From an uncultured archaeon (GTDB lineage Archaea; Asgardarchaeota; Thorarchaeia; Thorarchaeales; Thorarchaeaceae), in assembly GCA_964648855.1 (NCBI GenBank), contig CAZYLT010000025.1, positions 1 through 25,335 on the forward strand: a stretch of DNA of 25,335 nt. The letters are read 5' to 3'. This document shows, piece after piece, positions 7,923 to 16,154 of the stretch. The notes under the pieces were generated by a model, which saw only the letters and a program-made list of their open reading frames with translations, ran no database searches and was not told where the DNA came from. The translations under genes and the position numbers were made by a program. Position 1 is the first letter of the stretch. The number at the start of each line of letters is the position of its first letter.

Positions 7923-10900
7923 ATGACAGAGGCTGAACATAAGCCAGTAGTAATAGTCGGTGCAGGCATTGCAGGAATGCGTGCGGCGCTGGATTTGGCA
8001 GATATGGGTGCGAGCGTCTATCTCGTTGAGAAGAAGCCTTCAATCGGAGGGCATATGTCTCAGCTGGACAAAACCTTCCCCACCCTAGATTGCGCTATGT
8101 GTATTCAAGGCCCTTGGATGGTTGACTGTTCTCGACATCCAAATATTGAGATTCTAGCATACTCAGAAGTCACCAATGTGACTGGGAAGAAAGGCGACTT
8201 CACCGTGGAGGTGCTTAAGCATACACGACGTGTCAATCCTGACAAATGTACTGGGTGTGGAGATTGTCAGAGAGTGTGCCCAATTGAGGTTCCAAATGAG
8301 TATGATGAGGGCCTCAAAATGCGGAAGGCTTCATACATACCCTTCCCCCAAGCAGTGCCAAATATAGCAACGATTGATATTGAAAATTGCATTCAGTGTA
8401 TGACTTGTGCGAAGTCATGCAAGGCGGAAGCTATCAATTTCGGCATTGAAGATGAAACTGTTAAGATTAACGCTGGCTCAATAATTCTTGCTACAGGATA
8501 TGAACTTCTTGATCCCTCCTCAGTTCCGGAATATGGGTTCGGAAGGATTCCAAACGTTGTCAGTGCTCTTGAATATGAACGGATGGTATCGGCAAGTGGT
8601 CCCACTGAAGGCGTTGTCATGCGCCCCTCAGATAGTAAAGAGCCCCATCGTATTGCATTCATTCAATGTGTTGGTTCTCGAGATGTAAACCATTGTGCTT
8701 ATTGTTCAAAGATATGCTGTACCTATGCGACAAAAGAGGCAATCATCACCAAAGAACATGCTCCAGAAACTGAAATTGATATTCTGTATAATGATATGCG
8801 GGCCTTCGGAAAGGGATTCGAAGAATTCTTAGTTCGGGGCGAAGACGAATACGAAATCAACTATGTCAAAGGCTTGCCTAGTGAAGTCCATGAAGACCCG
8901 TCTACCGGTGATCTCTTGGTAAGACACAGCAATCAGAAGGGTCACGAGGTTCTCGAAGACAGATATGATTTAGTTGTCTTGTGCCCCGCAATGGTGCCTT
9001 CTCACGACACAGCAATCTACGAACAGCTAGGAATTGCCGTAGATGAATATGGGTTCCTGCATGGCTCTGGAAATAAATTGGAAAAATCCTCCTCTGGAAT
9101 TCCAGGAGTTCATATATGTGGCGCCTGTGAATCTCCCAAAGATATTCCTGACTCAGTGGCACAAGGTAGTGCTGCTGCGGCTCTTGCGGCATTGGACATT
9201 TCTATTCCACCACCTGACGAAACCGAGGCATTGACGGAAACCGACCTTGAGTTGATAGCATCAGAACCCCGAATTGGGATTTTCGTGTGCTCTTGCGGCG
9301 TCAATATTGCTGGAACAGTTGATGTTGAGCAAGTCACAGAATACGCGAGCAATCTGCCGGATGTAGTACATGCTGAGAACCTCCTGTATTCTTGCTCATC
9401 GGATGCTCAAGAGGTCATCAAAGAAGCAATTAAACAGAATAATCTGAATAGAGTTATTGTTGCCTCCTGTACTCCACGAACTCATGAGCCACTCTTTCGA
9501 GCAACCATCGAAGAGGCTGGTCTCAACAAGTACCTCTTCGAGCTTGCAAATATTCGGGAGCATTGTTCTTGGGTACATCAGAATACCAAAGATGAGGCAA
9601 CCTCGAAGGCAATGGATTTAGTGAGAATGGCGACGGCACGCTCAAAGCTATTGCAGCCCCAAGAAGAGGCAATAACACAAATAGAGCCAGCAGCATTGGT
9701 CATCGGAGCTGGCGTGGCCGGCATGGCAGCAGCAGATGCCATTGCAGCCAAAGGCTATCAGGTATATCTTGTTGAAAAAGAGGATCGGGTCGGAGGATTT
9801 CTTAACAAACTCCATACTGTGAACTTTGACAACAGACCTACGTCCGAGATAGTTTCCGAGTACGAGGAAAGAATCAATGCTCACTCAAACATCGATTTGA
9901 TGTTAAATTCTAACGTTGTAGGTGCCAAGGGCTCTATAGGTGACTTCGAAGTCACTATTCGTCACGGTGAAGAAGAACAAGAATTGAAGGTTGGTGTTGT
10001 TATAGTTGCGACGGGTGCCGTTGCTCTTGAAGAGGAAGGTCTCTATGGTTACAAGGAGCTTCAAGAAGTTATGACCATGCCGGAGTTCAATAGACGTATC
10101 ATAGAGAAGGATGGCTTAGAAGATGGAGAAACATTCGCAGTCATACATTGTGCAGGCTCTAGAGAAGAACGGAGCCTTGAGGGAGCACGAACTTGGTGCT
10201 CAAGTATCTGTTGCACAGTTGCCCTTGAACATACCCTAGAATTACTTGAAGCCTATCCGAACTCCCGCGTTTTCCATCTCTATCGTGACATGAGGCTGTT
10301 CTACTCAGCGGAGGACAAATACCGGGAAGCCAGAAAGAAGGGTGCAGTATTTGTTCGATTTGGTCAAGACAGTCCCCCTGAAGTAAAGGCAGGAGAAAAC
10401 AAGGAATTGCGTGTATCTGTGAAGGATCAAATCCTAGGTGCAGTTCTAAATCTCAATGTCGACCACGTTGTCTTGGCTACGGCTACTGTTCCGCGGGAAG
10501 GAAACAAGGAGCTATCGGAGGCTTTCAAGATTCCAATGAATCTCTCTGGATTCTTCATGGAGGCACACCCAAAACTCAGACCTGTCGACTTTCAAACTGA
10601 TGGTATCTATGTTGCAGGCTCTGCAACCGCACCAAAAGGCATAGCAGAATCAGTAGCCCAAGGTCGCGGAGCTGCAGCTAGAGCACTCACTCCTCTTATT
10701 CGGGGAATTCGGAAAGCAGAAGCCATAGTATCAGTAGTCGACCCCGAGGTCTGTGTGGGTTGTGGCACCTGTGAAATCAACTGCTCCTACAATGCTATTG
10801 AGGTAATTCCTGGCGATGGAGGACATGATTATGCAGAGAGTAATCCTGTTCTCTGTCAAGGATGTGGAAAGTGTGCTGCAGGATGTCCTGCTGGTGCAAT

Positions 10901-11381
10901 AACCATGAAACACTTCACGGATGACCAAATACTCGCCCAAATCCGTAGTGCCTTGAAAGATGTTCCACCAAGTGAACCTAGGATTCTCACCATCATGTGC
11001 AATTGGTGTACGTATGCAGGTGCCGACCAAGCGGGAGTTGCCAGACTACAACAGCCCACAACTGTTCGTGACATTCGAGTCATGTGTACAGGTCGTGTGA
11101 GCGTTCCTCATATCCTAGAGGCATTTCGGCAGGGTGCAGATATGGTATGGATCTCGGGTTGCCATATTGGTGACTGTCACTACGTGGATGGCAACATAGC
11201 ATTTGAACGAAGGCATGCAATTGCCAAGAAGATTATTGAGAAAGCTGGACTCGAACCCGAGCGACTTCAATTCACACATATCAGTGCAAGTGAGGGTGCG
11301 ATATGGGCTGAGAAAGTGAAGGAGTTCACTGAATTGGTAGAAAAGCTAGGACCAAGTCCGTTACGAGAAAGGGGGCGATAG
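7923..11381 (+). CDS. hdrA: Double-FAD heterodisulfide reductase subunit A fused to C-terminal MvhD (1152 aa)
   Basis: Start revised to the ATG at 7923 (MTEAEHKPVVIVGAGIAG). Order: FAD domain 1 (LDKTFPTLDCAMC, inserted 2x[4Fe-4S], CVGSR...YCSKICC); HdrA N-type domain (IGIFVCSCG...ANIREHCSWVH); FAD domain 2 (VIGAGVAG...CAGSR...WCSSICC); 2x[4Fe-4S]; MvhD (CNWCTYAGAD...RVMCTGR...GCHIGDCHY). Confidence 0.93.
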   Translation: MTEAEHKPVVIVGAGIAGMRAALDLADMGASVYLVEKKPSIGGHMSQLDKTFPTLDCAMCIQGPWMVDCSRHPNIEILAYSEVTNVTGKKGDFTVEVLKHTRRVNPDKCTGCGDCQRVCPIEVPNEYDEGLKMRKASYIPFPQAVPNIATIDIENCIQCMTCAKSCKAEAINFGIEDETVKINAGSIILATGYELLDPSSVPEYGFGRIPNVVSALEYERMVSASGPTEGVVMRPSDSKEPHRIAFIQCVGSRDVNHCAYCSKICCTYATKEAIITKEHAPETEIDILYNDMRAFGKGFEEFLVRGEDEYEINYVKGLPSEVHEDPSTGDLLVRHSNQKGHEVLEDRYDLVVLCPAMVPSHDTAIYEQLGIAVDEYGFLHGSGNKLEKSSSGIPGVHICGACESPKDIPDSVAQGSAAAALAALDISIPPPDETEALTETDLELIASEPRIGIFVCSCGVNIAGTVDVEQVTEYASNLPDVVHAENLLYSCSSDAQEVIKEAIKQNNLNRVIVASCTPRTHEPLFRATIEEAGLNKYLFELANIREHCSWVHQNTKDEATSKAMDLVRMATARSKLLQPQEEAITQIEPAALVIGAGVAGMAAADAIAAKGYQVYLVEKEDRVGGFLNKLHTVNFDNRPTSEIVSEYEERINAHSNIDLMLNSNVVGAKGSIGDFEVTIRHGEEEQELKVGVVIVATGAVALEEEGLYGYKELQEVMTMPEFNRRIIEKDGLEDGETFAVIHCAGSREERSLEGARTWCSSICCTVALEHTLELLEAYPNSRVFHLYRDMRLFYSAEDKYREARKKGAVFVRFGQDSPPEVKAGENKELRVSVKDQILGAVLNLNVDHVVLATATVPREGNKELSEAFKIPMNLSGFFMEAHPKLRPVDFQTDGIYVAGSATAPKGIAESVAQGRGAAARALTPLIRGIRKAEAIVSVVDPEVCVGCGTCEINCSYNAIEVIPGDGGHDYAESNPVLCQGCGKCAAGCPAGAITMKHFTDDQILAQIRSALKDVPPSEPRILTIMCNWCTYAGADQAGVARLQQPTTVRDIRVMCTGRVSVPHILEAFRQGADMVWISGCHIGDCHYVDGNIAFERRHAIAKKIIEKAGLEPERLQFTHISASEGAIWAEKVKEFTELVEKLGPSPLRERGR

Positions 11382-11384
11382 CAA

Positions 11385-11903
11385 GTGGCTGATAGCTGGG
11401 GCTCACTGGAGAGTTTTGAAGGGAAGGAATTCGATACATTAGATCCTGAATTCACAAAAGAGGCATCCAATCTCATTGGAGGTCAGGACCTCACAACCTG
11501 TTTTCAGTGTTCGAAATGTAGTGCAGGTTGTCCAGTGAGTGACAAAGTGAATATTCAAATCCATGAGGTTATGCGGATGCTTCTCTTCGGACTGAAAGAG
11601 GTACTCGATTCTGATATGATTTGGCTCTGCACAACTTGCTACCAATGTCAGGAGAGGTGTCCCCAGGGCATAGATATAACGGACATACTCTTTGGACTGA
11701 AGAACATGGCATTCCGGAAAGGTATTCGACCTCAGGGGTATGTTTCTGCAAGACAGAATCTCTATGACAACGGCAAGCTCTATGCACCCACCGACTGGGA
11801 ACGAGAGGATCTTGAACTCGATCCAGTACCTGAATTTGATATCAATGATACCAAGAAGATGTTCGATAAGAACAGGCTTCTCACGCTTGAGGAGGAAGAG
11901 TAA
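11385..11903 (+). CDS. hdrC: Heterodisulfide reductase subunit C (copy 3)
   Basis: CFQCSKCSAGCP and IWLCTTCYQCQERCP; GTG start 3 nt after the hdrA stop. Confidence 0.92.
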   Translation: MADSWGSLESFEGKEFDTLDPEFTKEASNLIGGQDLTTCFQCSKCSAGCPVSDKVNIQIHEVMRMLLFGLKEVLDSDMIWLCTTCYQCQERCPQGIDITDILFGLKNMAFRKGIRPQGYVSARQNLYDNGKLYAPTDWEREDLELDPVPEFDINDTKKMFDKNRLLTLEEEE

Positions 11904-12779
11904 TTGACCCAGCAATACGAGGTCTTTCTAGGCTGCGCAATACCAAATCGTTTCAACAACTATGAGAGCTCGATGCGTTTGGTCGCCAAGGAGCTTGATG
12001 TAGAGCTTCTAGACTTTGATGGTGCATCATGCTGCGGCACTGTTGTATTGAAATCCATAGATGAAACCAACTGGCTTGGGCTATCAGGAAGAAATATAGC
12101 TCTCGCAGAGAATCGTAATCATGATATCGTTACTCCCTGTAACGGATGCTACGGATCGCTAAGGGATGCAGGTCATCTGCTCCATGAAGACAAATCCTAC
12201 AGGGACTTACTCAATGAGACTTTGTCAGAAGTTGGATTGAAGTACACGGGTAGTTCTAAGATTCTCCATTTCGTAGAGGTTCTTTACGAGCTAAGAGATA
12301 AAATCAAAGAGAAAATTGTACATCCTCTCAACGGCCTCAAAGTTGCGTTTCATCCTGGTTGCCATCTTATACGACCATCTAATGTGGCTGGTTTTGATGA
12401 CCCAGAACTTCCTAGAAAGGTGGACGAGCTAATAGAGTTGACAGGAGCAAAGAGTGTTCCCTGGAACCTCAAGCTTCGATGCTGTGGATCGCCATTACTG
12501 ATTGCAAGCGAAGAAGTTGCAACAGATATATTGAGAGAGAAGATGCAGTCCGCAATAGATGCAGGGGCCAACTGTGTTGTAACAAATTGCCCTGCCTGCC
12601 ATACACAATTTGACGTGCAGGTTTTGGGCCTTGAGAATGATAAAGGCGAGTCCTTGGAGCTTCCAGCATTGTTTGTGACCCAAGTATTAGGCGCCGCGAT
12701 GGGCCTCGATTCAGAGCTTCTTGGCTTTGAACTGAATAGAGTTCCTCTCGATGAAATTAGTGATATTCTAGGATTATAA
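11904..12779 (+). CDS. hdrB: Heterodisulfide reductase subunit B (copy 3, divergent)
   Basis: GC...SCCG...PCNGC and HPGCH...RCCG...NCPACH; TTG start abutting the hdrC stop. Confidence 0.92.
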   Translation: MTQQYEVFLGCAIPNRFNNYESSMRLVAKELDVELLDFDGASCCGTVVLKSIDETNWLGLSGRNIALAENRNHDIVTPCNGCYGSLRDAGHLLHEDKSYRDLLNETLSEVGLKYTGSSKILHFVEVLYELRDKIKEKIVHPLNGLKVAFHPGCHLIRPSNVAGFDDPELPRKVDELIELTGAKSVPWNLKLRCCGSPLLIASEEVATDILREKMQSAIDAGANCVVTNCPACHTQFDVQVLGLENDKGESLELPALFVTQVLGAAMGLDSELLGFELNRVPLDEISDILGL

Positions 12780-12813
12780 CTGCTCTAACTCAGCTCCATG
12801 GGAGGCATGAATA

Positions 12814-14592
12814 TTGACCAAACACACTAGCAACGAATATGAAGAAGAATGGCTCCAGTTCTTCTTCCAAGACGTGCCTGTGGGACTAGCAAGAAGTCGA
12901 CTAGACACAGGTGAAATCTTAGACTGTAACGAGCGACTAGCTAAGATATTCGGGTACTCGAATAAGGATGAATTCATGCAATCCGTGAAAACCTCAGAAT
13001 TATCTGTTGGTCGTGAAGAATGGGCTGGGATTCTAGATGAACTCCGACAAGAGGGAAGAATTGCGGACATCAATCTGAAGCTCAAACGAAAGAACGGTCA
13101 GGAGTTCTGGGGGCGATTCTCTGCCAAACTTATTCCAAAGGAGAATCAACTGCAAATAGCACTGATTGATGTAACGAAAGAACGCGAAGTATTTGAACAG
13201 CTAACAGAAGAGGCACAAAAGTGTAAGGCTCTCTTCGAATCTCTAGGTGACGCTGTCTTCATTCATGACCTAGAGGGCAATTTTCTTGAAGTCAATGATG
13301 TGGCGCTCGAGAGACTTGGCTATTCGAAGGAGGAGCTCTTGAATCTGTCACCTATGGATATTGACGCAGAAGAATTTGCTCCGAAGGTACCGGCTCGAAT
13401 CAGAGAACTAGAAGAGAAGGGACATGTCTTCTATGAAACAGTGCACATCGCAAAGGATGGTACGAGGTTTCCCACTGAACTTAGTAGTAGGGCTGTAGAC
13501 CTGGGGGGAGAAACAGTCATTGTTTCGGTCGCACGTGATATCTCTCAGAGACTTGAAACTCAAAGGCAGCTGCAAGAACAGAAGGACTTCCTTGAAAAGG
13601 TAATCAACTCCCTTAATCATCCCTTTTTTGTTATTGATGTTGACACGTATGAAATACAAATGGCAAATGAGGCAACGAGATATCAATATGGAGATGTGGG
13701 ACGAACTTGCTACGAAGTCACACACGGAAGAATCGATCCCTGTGCTGCTAATGGTCATATTTGTCCCCTGAACGAGATGAGAAGTAGTAAAGAACATGTG
13801 ACTGTAGAGCATACTCACACCACACGAAGCGGGGAAGAGAGGGTTTTCGAGGTTCACGCTCACCCTATCCTGGATAATTCAGGGAATCTCACTCAGATGA
13901 TAGAGTACTCCCTGGACATCACTGACCGCAAGAGAGCTGAAACTGAGCGAGTCGGACAGCAACGTGAACTAGAGCTATATGCATCTCTATTGAAGCACGA
14001 TTTATCGAATGATCTCCAAATCATAATAGGGACGATGGATATCGCCAGTGGCTCCATTGATGAAGATGTCAAGGAATTGCAGGAAATCCTTGAAACCGGT
14101 GTTGCGGCTGCAAGGAGGATGTCATATCTTCTTTCCGTGCTGGGTAGACCAGAGGAAGAAGCAGATAATAATCTGATTCACATTCTGACCAGAGAATTGG
14201 AGGAGGCTGCTGAAGTTCATAGCAATTTCAGTTTTGAGTTGACCCCTCCTGATGATAAGGAGGAAATCAGAATAAGAATCTCGAAGTTGTTACCGATGGT
14301 CTTCGAGAATCTCTTTAGAAATGCAGCTCAACATGCGGGAAAGAACCCTCATGTTCGTGTTGATGTCACTCTCCGAGGCAACTTGGCGAATGTTGATATT
14401 GTTGATAATGGTCCTGGAATCCCTCAGAAGCTACGAAACGAGATATTCAAGAGAAAATCATCAGAGAAAACTGGATTTGGCTTGTATTTGGCAAAGGAGA
14501 TTCTACGTATGCTTGATGGTGACATCACACTACTGAGTCAGCAAAAGGATGCGGGAGCTGCATTCCGAATCTCCCTTCCTCTCGAAAAATAA
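12814..14592 (+). CDS. Cytoplasmic PAS-domain sensor histidine kinase (3 PAS + HisKA + HATPase)
   Basis: Three PAS/PAC repeats (ending DVTKE, RDISQR, DITDRK), H-box KHDLSNDL, N-box ENLFRNA, DNGPGI, GFGLYL. No TM helix. GGAGG SD at 12801-12805, TTG start. Confidence 0.92.
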   Translation: MTKHTSNEYEEEWLQFFFQDVPVGLARSRLDTGEILDCNERLAKIFGYSNKDEFMQSVKTSELSVGREEWAGILDELRQEGRIADINLKLKRKNGQEFWGRFSAKLIPKENQLQIALIDVTKEREVFEQLTEEAQKCKALFESLGDAVFIHDLEGNFLEVNDVALERLGYSKEELLNLSPMDIDAEEFAPKVPARIRELEEKGHVFYETVHIAKDGTRFPTELSSRAVDLGGETVIVSVARDISQRLETQRQLQEQKDFLEKVINSLNHPFFVIDVDTYEIQMANEATRYQYGDVGRTCYEVTHGRIDPCAANGHICPLNEMRSSKEHVTVEHTHTTRSGEERVFEVHAHPILDNSGNLTQMIEYSLDITDRKRAETERVGQQRELELYASLLKHDLSNDLQIIIGTMDIASGSIDEDVKELQEILETGVAAARRMSYLLSVLGRPEEEADNNLIHILTRELEEAAEVHSNFSFELTPPDDKEEIRIRISKLLPMVFENLFRNAAQHAGKNPHVRVDVTLRGNLANVDIVDNGPGIPQKLRNEIFKRKSSEKTGFGLYLAKEILRMLDGDITLLSQQKDAGAAFRISLPLEK

Positions 14593-14600
14593 CATAAGAA

Positions 14601-15497
14601 TCAATTAGAAAAAATCTCGGGCAGAGGTTCTCTCTTGGAAATCCATTGTTTCGGAATTCTATCCCCTCCGACATGGCATGCTACTATTCCACCGACCATT
14701 GCGCAGGTTGTGTCCATGTCTCCACCTCCGCTTACTGTCTGCCAGAGCGCCTCTTCGAAGTTACTCAAGTATCTACTTGCACACCAAATCACGTAGGGAA
14801 CGGTATCTTGAACCGTGATTCGATGACCTGCTCCAAGTAATTTTGCCACGGCTTTGGTTTCCATATCCCTGCATTCCAGAGCTTGTCTCAATCCATTTTT
14901 CACATCCCCTTCGGGAACATGAGCTGCAATTTCCTCAATGAATTCATTGGGATTGAGGGGTGCTTCTCTTGTTTGATGTGCAATTGCAGCCGCAACTGCC
15001 ACCGTAATAGCACCTGCGGTGGCTTCTGGGTGATGATGAGTGACCTGTGCTGAAAGAGCTGCATTTTCGATGACCAAATCGAGGTTTCTAGCGAAATAGG
15101 CTCCAACTGGAGCTACTCGCATTGCAGCTCCGTTACCAAATGATCCCTCTCCCCCGAAGAGAGAACCGAAAAGTGCTCTCCAGTCTCCGCCTCTCCTGAC
15201 TTGGGGAAGGATTGAATACATAGATGGACCATAACCTCTTGTTGGGTCGAAGGCCCTGGCAAACTCCGTTGCTAGTTCATCTTGAATAATCTTATCGTGT
15301 TTCAGAAGTATCTCTGCAATTGAGATGGCCATGAGTGTATCATCGGTATATCGCCACGTTCCTGGAGGTAGTTTTCTCTCTCTTTCCCAGCCTCCTATTA
15401 TCTTTCGTGCATCAAAGAAATTCTGACCGAATGCATCTCCAACAGAGAGGCCTTCAAGAGATTCTACGAGTCGTTCTTCTTTCGTATCCTTCATCAT
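14601..15497 (-). CDS. ADP-ribosylglycohydrolase (DraG/ARH family)
   Basis: GDAFG, YTDDT, SFGNGAAMRVAP, VTHHHP and GGDMDTTCAMVGGI metal-binding motifs. Confidence 0.92.
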   Translation of the reverse strand: MMKDTKEERLVESLEGLSVGDAFGQNFFDARKIIGGWERERKLPPGTWRYTDDTLMAISIAEILLKHDKIIQDELATEFARAFDPTRGYGPSMYSILPQVRRGGDWRALFGSLFGGEGSFGNGAAMRVAPVGAYFARNLDLVIENAALSAQVTHHHPEATAGAITVAVAAAIAHQTREAPLNPNEFIEEIAAHVPEGDVKNGLRQALECRDMETKAVAKLLGAGHRITVQDTVPYVIWCASRYLSNFEEALWQTVSGGGDMDTTCAMVGGIVACHVGGDRIPKQWISKREPLPEIFSN

Positions 15498-15580
15498 GTT
15501 TTACGCAGTCCTATTTGTGACCAGTAATTCAACATCCAAATGAATTTTCCCGATTGAGTGCAAGAACTCTGAAAACCATC

Positions 15581-16147
15581 TCATCGTAGCTTACTCTCTC
15601 CGTAGAATAGTTCACCAAGACGACTCATTGCTTTTCTGACACATTCTCTCTCACCACTGACTTGCAGATGTCGCCTTCCGTCCAATTGAATTAGCACTCC
15701 ACAATCTTCCGCAACAGCACCAACTGTTTCTACTGGTATATCTTCTGGCAGCTTGATTCTAAAAAAGCTCACATCTTTTTCGCGAGGGATATCTGAGATT
15801 GAAGTCATCGGCTCAACCTTTGGTGGGTCATTCAACCCATGGATGGCATCTTCGATTTTTCCTTCCCACTCTTTTCGATATTCCACTCCATTAGCATTCT
15901 CAGCCCATGCTAGAAGGGTTTCTCGCAAGCTGAGAATCTTGTTCTCCATATCCTGTCGCAGCTGTAAGTCAGCATTTTCCTGTTTTCTGATATCTTCATT
16001 GAATGAGCGGAGATATTCTAGAACCATCTTGGAGTTTCTGAAGTCTGCGTGAGTTATGCTGGGTATGTCAACACCTTCTCTCCGAAGATCTCCCATCAAA
16101 TCATTAAGAACCATCCAACCGGCATATAACCCATCAAGAGTGACCAA
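15581..16147 (-). CDS. DUF2096-like conserved archaeal protein
   Basis: N-terminal WMVLNDLMGDLRREGVDIP...DFRNSK pattern and C-terminal RIKLP...VAEDCGV...VSGERECVRKAM, recognised from memory as DUF2096. TTG start 7 nt after the hdrA stop. Confidence 0.7.
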   Translation of the reverse strand: MVTLDGLYAGWMVLNDLMGDLRREGVDIPSITHADFRNSKMVLEYLRSFNEDIRKQENADLQLRQDMENKILSLRETLLAWAENANGVEYRKEWEGKIEDAIHGLNDPPKVEPMTSISDIPREKDVSFFRIKLPEDIPVETVGAVAEDCGVLIQLDGRRHLQVSGERECVRKAMSRLGELFYGESKLR

Positions 16148-16154
16148 TGCTACC

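Noticed and set aside
11439-13863. Long antisense ORFs (11439-11915, 13408-13863) and other shadow ORFs across the window
   Set aside because: They lie opposite or within well-supported genes and have no recognisable domains.
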